32,638 nucleotides of DNA, taken from the NCBI GenBank assembly GCA_903839905.1, contig CAIMDX010000069.1, positions 1-32,638 on the forward strand, in the 5' to 3' direction. Positions 8,579 to 18,115 of the stretch are shown here, piece by piece (positions within the stretch are counted from its first letter, which is position 1; every line of letters starts with the position of its first letter). Source of the stretch: an uncultured bacterium. GTDB lineage: Bacteria > Patescibacteriota > Minisyncoccia > Minisyncoccales > JAQTVQ01. The notes below the pieces were generated by a model. The model worked only from the letters and a program-made list of their open reading frames with translations. It was not told where the DNA came from and did no database searches. The position numbers were made by a program, and so were the translations under genes.

Positions 8579-10006
8579 CTAGCATCCAAATTTTTCCTTT
8601 AATAATCCGACCAACTCCGCTATCTTCACCCTTTCCTGCTGCATAGTATCCCTGTCTCTCAAAGTAACATCATTATTTTGCAGGGTATCAAAGTCCACTG
8701 TTACGGCATACGGAACGCCGACTTCGTCCAAGCGGCGATAGCGGCGGCCGATGGAACCTGTTTCGTCGTATCGGCACATAAAAAGTTTTTTAAGCGTCTC
8801 GTGGATTTCTTTGGCTTTGGCGACTAATTCAGGCTTGTTTTTTAAAAGTGGCAAGACTGCTACCTTAACAGGCGCCAGGTTTTTAGTAAACCTCAAAATC
8901 GTTTCCGCTTCTTTTACAGCTTCCGTAGTCTGGGTCCGACCTCCTTGGATTTCTTCAAAAGAATCGCACAGAACCGCGAAAAACAGCCTTTCCACTCCGC
9001 AGGAAGGCTCTATCACAAAAGGAATGTAAGAACTTTTATCCGTTTCGTCAAAATATTTCAAATCCGTTCCCGAAAACTTTTCGTGGCGGCCAAGATCAAA
9101 ATCGCGGCGGTTGGCAATACCTTCAATCTCCGCCCATCCCCAAGGAAATTTATACTCCACATCCACGCAAGCCTTGGCGTAATGGGCTAATTCATCTGGG
9201 CGGTGCGGCCTGAATCTTAAATTTTCTTCTTTTAAGCCAAGGTCTTCTACATACCAGCGCATCCTTTCCTTGGTCCAGTATTCAAAAGCTTTATCGTCTT
9301 CGCCGGGTTTGATAAAATATTCCAATTCCATTTGCTCAAACTCGCGGCTACGAAAAATAAAATTGCCGGGAGTGATTTCGTTGCGGAAAGCTTTGCCGAT
9401 CTGGGCAATGCCGAAAGGAAGTTTTACTCTTTGCGTGTCCAAAATATTTTTATAACTGGCGAAAATTCCTTGGGCTGTTTCCGGACGCAAATAGGCCACT
9501 GAAGCGCTGTCCTCAACCGGACCGACAAAAGTCCTAAACATCAAATTAAATTTGCGCGGCGCGGCCAGCTCTCCTCCACAATCAGGGCATTTGGCGCTGG
9601 CCAAAACTTTAGCCATCTGATTGATATCCGCCGTGTCTTTGACTTCTTCGTCCGTAAAACCAAGCTTCTTAAGCTCGCCGGAATCTCTTAATTTTTCCAT
9701 CAAATGATCGGCTCTGAATCTTTTATGGCAAGCTTTGCATTCCGATAAAGGATCAGAAAACTCCGTGGTATGCCCGGAAGCTTCCCAAATTCTCGGGCTC
9801 ATAATAATTGAACTGTCCAAACCGACGATATCGTCTCTTTTCTGGACCAAAGCCCTCCACCAAGTCTTTTTAATATTATTTTTCAGTTCCGTTCCCAAAG
9901 GGCCAAAGTCAAAAAACCCGCCAAAACCGCCGTAAATTTCGGAACTCGGAAAAACAAGTCCCCGCCTCTTAATCAAAGAAAGAATCTTTGCCGCTGTATC
10001 TTCCAT
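8579..10006 (-). CDS. glyQS: glycine--tRNA ligase, alpha2 (GlyQS, archaeal/eukaryotic-type)
   Basis: KRRG.VFPSSEIYGG, LRPETAQGIF, GKAFRNEITP, REFEQME, IEPS.GVERL, GSIGRRYRRLDEVG. Start likely MEDTAA at 10006. Confidence 0.96.
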   Translation of the reverse strand: MEDTAAKILSLIKRRGLVFPSSEIYGGFGGFFDFGPLGTELKNNIKKTWWRALVQKRDDIVGLDSSIIMSPRIWEASGHTTEFSDPLSECKACHKRFRADHLMEKLRDSGELKKLGFTDEEVKDTADINQMAKVLASAKCPDCGGELAAPRKFNLMFRTFVGPVEDSASVAYLRPETAQGIFASYKNILDTQRVKLPFGIAQIGKAFRNEITPGNFIFRSREFEQMELEYFIKPGEDDKAFEYWTKERMRWYVEDLGLKEENLRFRPHRPDELAHYAKACVDVEYKFPWGWAEIEGIANRRDFDLGRHEKFSGTDLKYFDETDKSSYIPFVIEPSCGVERLFFAVLCDSFEEIQGGRTQTTEAVKEAETILRFTKNLAPVKVAVLPLLKNKPELVAKAKEIHETLKKLFMCRYDETGSIGRRYRRLDEVGVPYAVTVDFDTLQNNDVTLRDRDTMQQERVKIAELVGLLKEKFGC

Positions 10007-10082
10007 AGCCTTTGGGCCCTTCCCTTTACCTCTTTTGGCTTTCGCCTGCAAGGTTAAAGTTTGCCGGGTTTTATTGATTATT

Positions 10083-11714
10083 TTATTTAACTTTTGCTTG
10101 CAATGGCAGTATTTTCGAAGACAAAACAGTCTTGGTCCATTGGTCTTCTCCGGAAACCTGGACAGTATCTAAAACAGGAACATCTTTGCCTGTATCCTCT
10201 GTTTTTGGAATAACGGAAAGCTGAAAAGCGCACGATTTCGGTTCTGTTAAAATCCCTGATCCCGCTTCCAAATCTCCAACCTGCCATAATATCTCCCGCG
10301 ACTGCGAATCATAAGTCAGCCCGGAATTTTCTTGCGGCCAAATCTTTCCGGTAAAAATTACTCCTTCCGGCAAAGTCGTTCTAATCTTTACATTCTTAAC
10401 ATCATTATAAGAATTAGTGATCTTCCAAACTAGGGCGAAAGTATTAGCCAGGCCCGGCTCTAAAGGAATAGTTCCTCCGCTCACAAAATATTTGCTATCC
10501 AGTGAAAGCTCTTCCTGCCCTTTCAGAGTAGAGGATACTTTATTGGTAAAACTTTCGTTCAGCTGGCTTATTGTAATTTTATTTGTTATTTCCGGATTCT
10601 TATCCGCCAAAGTCTGTATCGGCCATTCATTTTTTAAGTTTATCCAAAATTCCACTTTCCCTTCTTCACCTTTATCCAAATACTGCAACTGCGGAACTTT
10701 CTTTCCATCCCAAATGATGGAATTATCTCCAGTGCCAAAATTACCTTCAGGCGCCTTGATTGAATTGAAATCAAAACTTTTTCCGTCTAATCTAGAAATC
10801 AAAACCAAATCGGTCAAAGGATCCTCGCCTATATTGCGGAAAAAAATCTCATAGTGCAACATATCGCCAGGCACAGCCGTATATTGAGGGCTGCCGTTAA
10901 TCTGCTGCGAGATATACAGACCCGGTGCGGAAATTTCAACTCCTTTTATAGCTTCTGCTAACGGAATAAAATCGCCATCCTGCCAAATGCCGATCTGCGC
11001 TTTAAAAATTTTCTGTTCTTTCGCCTCGCCACTGACTTTGCCTGAAATTTCTATCCTTCCCCCCTCGCCTTCGTTAAGATTAGCGATGTTCCATTGATTC
11101 TGGTCCAATGCCTGCGGCTTGGCCGAAACAAAATCAAAACCGGACGGATACTGAATCTGGCAGGTCAAATCGGCCAGCGGATAGGAAATATTAGACCAGT
11201 AATTTATTTTAAAAGTAAAAGGCTTGCCGGCCGCCACCGAAGAGGGAAGATCAAGCGTAAAATTTAAAGAGGCTTTTTCCACGATCGTAGTAAAAGTCGT
11301 AGAAACTTCATTCCGGGTATTTAATCCTTTGGGCTGGAAAGTTAAAACTGCTTTGGCGGTCCTTGCCTCTCCTTCCTTGGCCAAAAGCCTGGCCGAAAAA
11401 ACAAAACTACGCTCTTCTCCAGGATAAATATCCCCTTTCAACTGAGCGGAAGACATCCTTTGGATCCTGTCTCCGCCGTCTTCTAAAATGGAGTTTTTGG
11501 GAAATTCAAAAGAAAGCTCTGGACTTTCGGCCCTAATCGTTCCGTTGTTCTTGAATTTAACGATATATTCTATTTTGTCTCCCAGGGCGGCCTTTTGCGC
11601 TCCCAGTATTTCAAGCTTGATCGTTTCCTTGGAATAAGAACTCTGCTTCCACAAATAAAAACTGCCGGCCAAAATTAAAATAAGAACTGCGAAAATGAGA
11701 ATAATTTTTTTCAT
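10083..11714 (-). CDS. membrane-anchored beta-sandwich repeat protein (DUF11/Ig-like)
   Basis: N-terminal TM; repeated 'GD.I.Y.I.F.N.G' and 'I.W.VGDL.AG' units. Confidence 0.7.
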   Translation of the reverse strand: MKKIILIFAVLILILAGSFYLWKQSSYSKETIKLEILGAQKAALGDKIEYIVKFKNNGTIRAESPELSFEFPKNSILEDGGDRIQRMSSAQLKGDIYPGEERSFVFSARLLAKEGEARTAKAVLTFQPKGLNTRNEVSTTFTTIVEKASLNFTLDLPSSVAAGKPFTFKINYWSNISYPLADLTCQIQYPSGFDFVSAKPQALDQNQWNIANLNEGEGGRIEISGKVSGEAKEQKIFKAQIGIWQDGDFIPLAEAIKGVEISAPGLYISQQINGSPQYTAVPGDMLHYEIFFRNIGEDPLTDLVLISRLDGKSFDFNSIKAPEGNFGTGDNSIIWDGKKVPQLQYLDKGEEGKVEFWINLKNEWPIQTLADKNPEITNKITISQLNESFTNKVSSTLKGQEELSLDSKYFVSGGTIPLEPGLANTFALVWKITNSYNDVKNVKIRTTLPEGVIFTGKIWPQENSGLTYDSQSREILWQVGDLEAGSGILTEPKSCAFQLSVIPKTEDTGKDVPVLDTVQVSGEDQWTKTVLSSKILPLQAKVK

Positions 11715-11788
11715 TTTATTTTTTTCAAAAACTCTTTTCCTCTCCGGCGCGCGGCAAAGAAAAAAAGCCCTTTATTCCAACTTATTTG

Positions 11789-14665
11789 TTATTTGTTTGC
11801 TGTTTCAACGGCTAGCCAAAGCTCGTCGCCGCCGATCTTTACTTTCTTTTGCAGTTTGATATTTGCATCTTCTCCGCTCAATTCTATTTTTACGGCAATC
11901 ACATCTTTAGCCAAAATTTCCTTGTTTTTTTCTAAAATTTTATTAAGAAAATCGCTCCCATTGAATTTTACCAGAATTTCGTCTTTTGGGGTAAGGCCGG
12001 CTTCTTTTCTGATCTGCTGAATCTGCCTGGCGATCTCGCGGAGGGTTCCTTCTTCTCTCAGCTCAGGAGTAAGCTTTGTATCTAACTCTATCTCCTTTTC
12101 AAACTGCTCGCAAAAAGAAACCTTTTTGACATTGACCTCTTCTTTTATCAGTTCCCAAAAAGAAACATTGCTTTGAATATTTTCCGAAGCTTTTCTAATT
12201 TTCAATTCGGCCAGTGGCTGTTTGACCTTTATTCCTGTTTCCGATCTTAAGCGCAAAGCCTCGGTAATGATATTTCTTGTCTCATCCATGTCCGCCTCCA
12301 GCTTCGTATCAATAAGGTCCTGGCTGAAAATAGGCCAATCTGACAAATGGACCGATTCTTTGTCTCCGCCAATCGTTTTATAGATATATTCTGAAATAAA
12401 AGGAGCGAACGGAGCTAAAATTTTGGCTGTCTGAAAAAGAACGAAACCGAATGTCTTGATGCCTTCAGCGTCTCCTTCCTTAAACCTGCCTCTTGATCTT
12501 CTTAAATACCAAGTTGAAAGATCATTAATAAATCCTTCAATATTCCTAGCAGCTGAAACAACATCATAGCCGTCCATTTTTTCGGTAGTTTCTTTAATAA
12601 AACGATTGAGCTTGGACAAAATCCATTTGTCTAAAATATGTCGGCTTTGAGGCAAAGAAAAATCCGCCTGCCCTTGCTGGTAAGTTTTATAAAAAGAATA
12701 AACATTCAAAAGCAACAGAATATTTTTTTGGTAGGTTTCTTTCAAATCTTTCTCGGAAAAAAACAAGTCCTCTCCCTTCATTACCAAAGAAGACATTAAA
12801 TAAAGCCTTAAAGAATCGGCGCCGTATTTTTCTATCGCTTCCCATGGATCAGGAAAATTCTTTTTAGATTTTGAAAGCTTTTCCCCTTTTTCGTTAAGAA
12901 CCGTACCGGTCGTAACAACATTTTCAAACGGAACTTTGTCAAAAAGAATGGTTGACATCACATGCATGACATAAAACCAAGCTCTGGTTTGGGCGATATA
13001 TTCGGCCACAAACTGTGCGGGTAAGCGTTTTGCGAAAGCTTCTTTGTTTTCAAAAGGATAATGCAATTCGGCAAAAGGCATTGAAGCGGATTCCACCCAG
13101 CAGTCAATTACTTCCGGAACCCTTTCCATCAAACAGCCGCAAGCGCAAGGAAAATTGACCTCGTCAACAAACGGTCTGTGCAAATCTTCTACTTTCTTGC
13201 CGCTCAATTTTTCCAGCTCGGCAATGGAACCAACGACTTCCAACTTGCCGCATTCCTTACATCTCCAAATCGGCAAGGGCGAAGCCCAATAACGATTTCT
13301 GGAAATATTCCAATCAGGCGCGGATTCCAATCCTTTTTTAAAACGGCCATATTTCAAATGCTCCGGATGCCAATTAATGTTTTCATTCAGCTCAATCAGC
13401 CGGCTTTTTATTTTTTGGATATTGATAAACCAAGCCGGAATGGCGTTGTAATACAAGGCTGTTCCGCATCTCCAGCAAAAAGGATAAGGATGCGTGGTTT
13501 TTTCCGTTTTATAAAGCAAATTTCTTTGAACCAGGTCTTTTTTAATAAATTCATCGGACTCTTTGAATTTTTTCCCTTGAATAAATTCCGGGGCTTCTTC
13601 AATAAACCTGCCTTTATTGTTCAATAACGATAAAACCGGCAAGCCGAATTTTATTCCAAGATTGTAGTCGTCTTCGCCGTAAGCCGGAGCGATATGCACG
13701 ATGCCTGTTCCATCTTCGGCCGTCACAAAATCAGCAGGCAAAACTTTATAAACTTTTGCCGCTTCTTCTTCGTTTAATTTAGCTTTATAGAGCGGCTCGT
13801 AAGACAGCCCTACCAAATCTTTTCCGCTGATTTCTTTTATTATATTTCCTTCCAAGCCGTAATTTTTCGCCCTGTTTTTGGCCAAGATAAAATATTCTTC
13901 TGCCTCTTTAACCAAAACATATATAAATTCCGGATTGACGGCCAAGGCAAGATTGGACGGCAAAGTCCAAGGAGTGGTTGTCCAGGCTAATAAAGAGGCT
14001 TTTGATAATTCCGAATCGCTGCTCTTGACCTTGAATTTAACGATCACCGATTCTTCGGTCAGCTCTTTATAGCTGTTGTCCATCGCCACCTCAAAATTGG
14101 AAAGAGGCGTTTCGCATCTTGGACAATAAAGTAAAACTTTTTTTCCTTCATAGATCAATCCTTTCTTCCAAATTTCTTTGATTGCCCACCAAACGGATTC
14201 AATATAAGAATTGTCCATCGTTTTATAGGAATTCTCAAAATCAATGAACCTGCCGATTCTTTCAATCATTTTTCCCCAATCATGCGCGTAGGTTAAAACA
14301 TTTTCGCGGCAAGTCTGGTTAAAAGTATTGATGCCGATTTCTTCAATTTGTTTTTTACCGGAAATTTTCAATTTTTCCTCAACTATATTTTCAATGGGCA
14401 GGCCGTGGCAATCCCAGCCCCAGCGGCGGGCAACAAAGCGGCCCTTCATGGTCCAATAGCGGGGCACCACATCTTTGATGGTTGAAGCTAAAATATGGCC
14501 GTAATGAGGCAGGCCAGTGGCAAACGGAGGGCCGTCGTAAAAATTAAAAACAGGGCAATTTTTTCTTTGCTCCATTGATTTTTCAAAAATTCCATTTTCC
14601 TTCCAAAATTCTATGACCTCTTTTTCCCGTTTGGAGGGATCGTTTTCACCTCCTTCAAAAACCAT
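11789..14665 (-). CDS. ileS: isoleucine--tRNA ligase, type 2 (IleRS2)
   Basis: FYDGPPFATGLPHYGH, GWDCHGLP, AWTTTPWTLPSN, GTGIVHIAP, DWNISRNRYW, KLSKS; C-terminus of IleRS2 type with no zinc finger. Confidence 0.96.
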   Translation of the reverse strand: MVFEGGENDPSKREKEVIEFWKENGIFEKSMEQRKNCPVFNFYDGPPFATGLPHYGHILASTIKDVVPRYWTMKGRFVARRWGWDCHGLPIENIVEEKLKISGKKQIEEIGINTFNQTCRENVLTYAHDWGKMIERIGRFIDFENSYKTMDNSYIESVWWAIKEIWKKGLIYEGKKVLLYCPRCETPLSNFEVAMDNSYKELTEESVIVKFKVKSSDSELSKASLLAWTTTPWTLPSNLALAVNPEFIYVLVKEAEEYFILAKNRAKNYGLEGNIIKEISGKDLVGLSYEPLYKAKLNEEEAAKVYKVLPADFVTAEDGTGIVHIAPAYGEDDYNLGIKFGLPVLSLLNNKGRFIEEAPEFIQGKKFKESDEFIKKDLVQRNLLYKTEKTTHPYPFCWRCGTALYYNAIPAWFINIQKIKSRLIELNENINWHPEHLKYGRFKKGLESAPDWNISRNRYWASPLPIWRCKECGKLEVVGSIAELEKLSGKKVEDLHRPFVDEVNFPCACGCLMERVPEVIDCWVESASMPFAELHYPFENKEAFAKRLPAQFVAEYIAQTRAWFYVMHVMSTILFDKVPFENVVTTGTVLNEKGEKLSKSKKNFPDPWEAIEKYGADSLRLYLMSSLVMKGEDLFFSEKDLKETYQKNILLLLNVYSFYKTYQQGQADFSLPQSRHILDKWILSKLNRFIKETTEKMDGYDVVSAARNIEGFINDLSTWYLRRSRGRFKEGDAEGIKTFGFVLFQTAKILAPFAPFISEYIYKTIGGDKESVHLSDWPIFSQDLIDTKLEADMDETRNIITEALRLRSETGIKVKQPLAELKIRKASENIQSNVSFWELIKEEVNVKKVSFCEQFEKEIELDTKLTPELREEGTLREIARQIQQIRKEAGLTPKDEILVKFNGSDFLNKILEKNKEILAKDVIAVKIELSGEDANIKLQKKVKIGGDELWLAVETANK

Positions 14666-14706
14666 ATTTTTTGTTTGATTTTAAACTCTTAAAAATTAAA
14701 AAAATA

Positions 14707-14766
14707 CTAATAGCCTTTACTATCTATTATCTGTCTTATTCTGAGTTTCAACGATAATTTGCCCAT
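14707..14766 (-). CDS. possible ileS leader peptide MGKLSLKLRIRQIIDSKGY (19 aa)
   Basis: Three ATA Ile codons within five codons, 41 nt upstream of ileS, inside a leader with alternative hairpins. Confidence 0.35.
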   Translation of the reverse strand: MGKLSLKLRIRQIIDSKGY

Positions 14767-14904
14767 TTTTAGACAAATTAAACTCTATTTCTGTTCTGCT
14801 AGAGAATAAAATATACCGTAAGCCTATACAATTTGTCCTCTATAAATTTCTTAGCACCTTTGCCTCTTTTTTTCAATTAAAGGATATCAACAGCTCAATA
14901 TAAA

Positions 14905-14962
14905 AGAACGGCAAATGCCGTTCTCTCTCACAAAAAATCTTACACGGATTTCACCCGTGTAA
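14905..14962. repeat. two short palindromes downstream of argS (terminator/REP-like)
   Basis: AGAACGGCA-aa-TGCCGTTCT (14905-14924) and TTACACGG-N7-CCGTGTAA (14940-14962). Confidence 0.6.
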
Positions 14963-14975
14963 TATTTTCCACTTT

Positions 14976-16745
14976 TTACATCCTCTCCGGCGCTTTGATG
15001 CCTAAAAGAGTAAGGCTGTTTTTTAAAATTTGGGCTGTGGCTTTGGTCAACGCCAAGCGGAATATTTTTTGCTCTTTCTTCTCGGCGTTCAAGATCGGCA
15101 GTTTTTCGTAAAGCAAATTATATTTTTGCGCCAACTCGTAAGCAAAATTGCACAAAAGATTCGGCGAAAACAACTTGGCCGCTTCGGCCACGATCTCCGG
15201 AAATTTAAAAAGCATGCCCAAAACCGCCCTCTCCTCCACCGCCATCTCAACAACTTCCCGAGGGTCTAACCCTCGGCGATTTTTTGCTTTGCTTAGAAGG
15301 CTTTGACAGCGGGCGATGACATATTGCAAGTATGGCCCGGAATTGCCTTTAAGGTTCAACATTTTGTCCCAATCAAAGATAATTTCTTTGGAATAATGCT
15401 GGGAAAGGTCATTGTATTTTATCGCTCCTATTCCCACCATCTCGGAAATCTGCTGTTTCTCTTTATCTTTGAGATTTTTATTTTGTTCCGATCCTGATAT
15501 TAATTTTTCCGCGCGGACAATAGCCTCATTTAAAACCTCTTCCAAATGGATGGTCTGCCCCTTGCGCGTGGAAAATTTTCCTTCGGCTGTACGATAGAGC
15601 CCGTGTCCTATATGAACAAACTGGCTTTTTTGAGCCCAGCCCAAAAGTTCAGAGGCCAAAAAGAACTGCCGGACATGCAAGGCTTGTTCGGATCCGATCT
15701 CATAAATGAACAAATCAGGATGCCATTGCTTGATACGGTATTTAATAGCAGCCAAGTCGCGGGAAAAATAAGTGGAAGTTTCATTTGATTTCAAAAACAT
15801 AGCCGGAGGCAAAACTTCGTTCGGATATTCAAAAATCAAGGCGCCCTGGCTTTCTTTGGCCAAACCTTTTTCTTTGGCTTCATTGATCACTTCTGCGATT
15901 TTGTCCAAATAGAAACTTTCTCCTATCGCGTGATCTATTTTTACGCCGAGCAGGCCATAAATTCTGTTAAATTCTTTCAGGCTTGTCTTTACGCAAGCAA
16001 TCCAGATCATTTTAGCGGTTTTGTCTCCATCCTCAAGCTTTTTAAACCATTGACGGCCATAATCTGCCATTTCCGGCTTGCCTTCCGCTTCCTGGTGAAA
16101 TTCAACATATATTTTTTCAAAATCAGCTAAAGTCAATTTACCCAAAATCTTAACCGCCTCTTTAGAAGAAGCCCCCTTTAATTTTTTTTCAAAAAGCTGA
16201 TAGCTTAATTTGCCAAATTGCGTACCCCAGTCCCCTAAATGATTGATGCCTATCGTTTTCCATCCCAAAAAACCGTATAGATTATAGATGGCCTGGCCGA
16301 TGATCGTTGACCGCAAATGGCCGATACCGAAAGGCTTGGCAATATTGACCGCAGAATATTCAACTAAAACCGCTTTGTTATTTTTTTTACCGCGGCCGTA
16401 ATTATTTTCTTCTTTCAATATTTTTTCCAGTTCTCCCAATAAAAATTTTTCGGAAACATAAAAATTAAGAAACCCGGGCGCCGCGATTTCTATCCGCTCA
16501 AACTCAATTGGATGCTGTTTCTCTATTTCCTTCTTTAAAATTTCGGCTATTTCCATTGGATTTTTTCCAATCAATTTGCCTATTTGCAAAGCCAAACCAG
16601 TCGCATAATCGCCGCGCCCGTAATCGGGATAATCAATCTTAATTTTAGCCAAATCAAAATCAGCCGGCACAATACCTTCTGATTGCAATAATCTAATGGC
16701 TTCTTTCAATAAAAAATTTAATTGTTCTTTAAGAGTGGCTACCAT
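14976..16745 (-). CDS. argS: arginine--tRNA ligase
   Basis: GDYAT, AAPGFLNF, VEYS..NIAKPFGIGHLRSTIIG, NHLGDWGTQFG, KFSTRKG, GNSGPYLQY, LLGIKAPERM. Confidence 0.97.
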   Translation of the reverse strand: MVATLKEQLNFLLKEAIRLLQSEGIVPADFDLAKIKIDYPDYGRGDYATGLALQIGKLIGKNPMEIAEILKKEIEKQHPIEFERIEIAAPGFLNFYVSEKFLLGELEKILKEENNYGRGKKNNKAVLVEYSAVNIAKPFGIGHLRSTIIGQAIYNLYGFLGWKTIGINHLGDWGTQFGKLSYQLFEKKLKGASSKEAVKILGKLTLADFEKIYVEFHQEAEGKPEMADYGRQWFKKLEDGDKTAKMIWIACVKTSLKEFNRIYGLLGVKIDHAIGESFYLDKIAEVINEAKEKGLAKESQGALIFEYPNEVLPPAMFLKSNETSTYFSRDLAAIKYRIKQWHPDLFIYEIGSEQALHVRQFFLASELLGWAQKSQFVHIGHGLYRTAEGKFSTRKGQTIHLEEVLNEAIVRAEKLISGSEQNKNLKDKEKQQISEMVGIGAIKYNDLSQHYSKEIIFDWDKMLNLKGNSGPYLQYVIARCQSLLSKAKNRRGLDPREVVEMAVEERAVLGMLFKFPEIVAEAAKLFSPNLLCNFAYELAQKYNLLYEKLPILNAEKKEQKIFRLALTKATAQILKNSLTLLGIKAPERM

Positions 16746-16753
16746 AAAAAACT

Positions 16754-16870
16754 AATGTAAAATTGAAAAATCAAAATGTAAAATGATAAATTAAAATTAT
16801 AAAATTTCCGTTTTAAGCATTTTGAAACTTTGCATTGTCATTTTGATTTTTGATTTTTACATTTTGAATT
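16754..16870. repeat. inverted heptamer-repeat element B
   Basis: Left arm aaattga aaaatca aaatgta aaatgat...; right arm attttga tttttga tttttac attttga; arms of about 50 bp are imperfectly complementary. Confidence 0.85.
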
Positions 16871-16983
16871 AAAGCTTGGGAAAATCTAACCTACTATCAT
16901 GCTGCCTCTATCCATCATCTACTCTATATCTTGGATTTTCCTCTTTTAGTTTAGCGGATTTTATCCAAAATTTAAAGTTTTTA

Positions 16984-17013
16984 AAAAAATACACGGAAAT
17001 CCGTGTATTTTTT
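16984..17013. terminator. bidirectional terminator-like palindrome
   Basis: AAAAAATACACGGA-AA-TCCGTGTATTTTTT. Confidence 0.7.
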
Positions 17014-17061
17014 AGATTAATCATAAAGAGAATCACCTTTATTGTTTGCTGGCAACAGGTT

Positions 17062-17422
17062 TTATTTTTTTGATTTTTCCAAAGCCATTACCCTTTTTTC
17101 CAAAAGAGCAAATTCATCCCGGCCAATTTTCTCCTTCAATTCACCCTGTTAAATAAAACCTTTCTAGGTTTTAGACTGCCGAGCAGTCTATTTAACAGGG
17201 TAAATTGCGGATTAAATGTAACTCATCAAAAACGAGCTCAAATTTATAATCCACCTCATTAAATCTTTCGTCAACTTCTTTTCTAAAATCTCCGATTTCT
17301 TTATCTAAAGCCTTATGTCCATCTAAAACAAAACCAAGCTTGGAGTCAACATCTTCTAAAATCACTCCAAAATGGCGTTCAGAATCAGGGAGTTGCTTTT
17401 TATTTATTTTCCTTTTAATCAT
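17062..17422 (-). pseudogene. small coiled-coil protein gene interrupted by a 61 bp insertion
   Basis: Removing 17143-17203 restores ...LHLIRN-ELKEKIGRDEFALLEKRVMALEKSKK* (99 aa), collinear with the neighbour's LHIIKDDLKEKADRCELKVLERRIEILEKR. Confidence 0.85.
17144..17200. mobile_element. MITE-like element 1 (57 bp)
   Basis: TIR CCCTGTTAAATA/TATTTAACAGGG, two internal perfect hairpins, interrupts a CDS. Confidence 0.8.
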
Positions 17423-17441
17423 ATATTTTTTATATACAGAT

Positions 17442-17738
17442 TCACCTCTTTTCTAAAATCTCAATACGGCGCTCCAAAACTTTTAATTCGCATCTATCCG
17501 CTTTTTCCTTCAAATCATCCTTAATAATATGTAAATCCATTTTCATAATCTCTATATCTTCCGTGTTTTTTACGACCATATCGCGAATAACAGACAACTG
17601 TCTTTGCATTCCGGAAAGAGATTCGGCAATAAGCTGAACCTGCGACTTAAAATCCTCGCTGACCACTCCTAAATAGCGCTGATATTCTCCGCGCTGTTCT
17701 TCCAAAATGGTTTTGAGCGACTTTTCACTTAATTCCAT
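17442..17738 (-). CDS. small coiled-coil hypothetical protein (98 aa)
   Basis: Heptad-like charged/hydrophobic pattern; R(Y/H)(L/F)GV(V/I).ED..S motif shared with the interrupted neighbour. Confidence 0.8.
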   Translation of the reverse strand: MELSEKSLKTILEEQRGEYQRYLGVVSEDFKSQVQLIAESLSGMQRQLSVIRDMVVKNTEDIEIMKMDLHIIKDDLKEKADRCELKVLERRIEILEKR

Positions 17739-17768
17739 ATAATTTAGAAATTTAATAATTTATGTCAT

Positions 17769-17870
17769 TTAAAGTCTTTTCTCAACCAGACCTGCTCTCT
17801 TTTCCAGAAATGCGAATTCGTCTATGTTTAATTTTTTAAGCAGCTTATTCAGTACAGTGGATACTATCAC
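17769..17870 (-). pseudogene. C-terminal remnant of a third coiled-coil paralog
   Basis: Translates ...LKKLNIDEFAFLEKRAGLVEKRL*, similar to DEFALLEKRVMALEKS. Confidence 0.55.
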
Positions 17871-17890
17871 AATCAAAAATCAAAAGCCAA

Positions 17891-18003
17891 CCCCGTTAGA
17901 AGTTTGGCCTTGGCCTTTGTTATTATAAAAGCCTGAAGCCGTAAAGCGGCTTCGCCTTTAAGCTTTTCAATAAAGGGAAGCTCTCTTTGAACTTCTAACG
18001 GGG
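17891..18003. mobile_element. MITE-like element 2 (113 bp) with 4 bp direct repeat CCAA
   Basis: Perfect 14 bp TIR CCCCGTTAGAAGTT/AACTTCTAACGGGG; CCAA on both sides; internal GAAGCCG-TAAAG-CGGCTTC hairpin. Confidence 0.85.
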
Positions 18004-18027
18004 CCAATCATGGAAACTCAGATTCAT

Positions 18028-18050
18028 AAAATGGTGGCTGACCCCATTTT
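18028..18050. repeat. REP-like palindrome AAAATGG-TGGCTGACC-CCATTTT
   Basis: Short inverted repeat downstream of the surface-protein gene. Confidence 0.45.
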
Positions 18051-18115
18051 TAATAAAACAATGTTTGTCCCGCTCCTGCGGATAGCTAAGTACCTGGCAA
18101 CGTTATCACTTTACT

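Noticed and set aside
14666-16980. T-box riboswitches upstream of ileS or argS
   Set aside because: No GGTGGNACC antiterminator bulge consensus found.
16876-17073. 65 aa plus-strand ORF or argS leader peptide
   Set aside because: Low complexity, crosses a terminator, and the minus-strand uORF (MMDRGSMIVG) has no Arg run or matching terminator pair.
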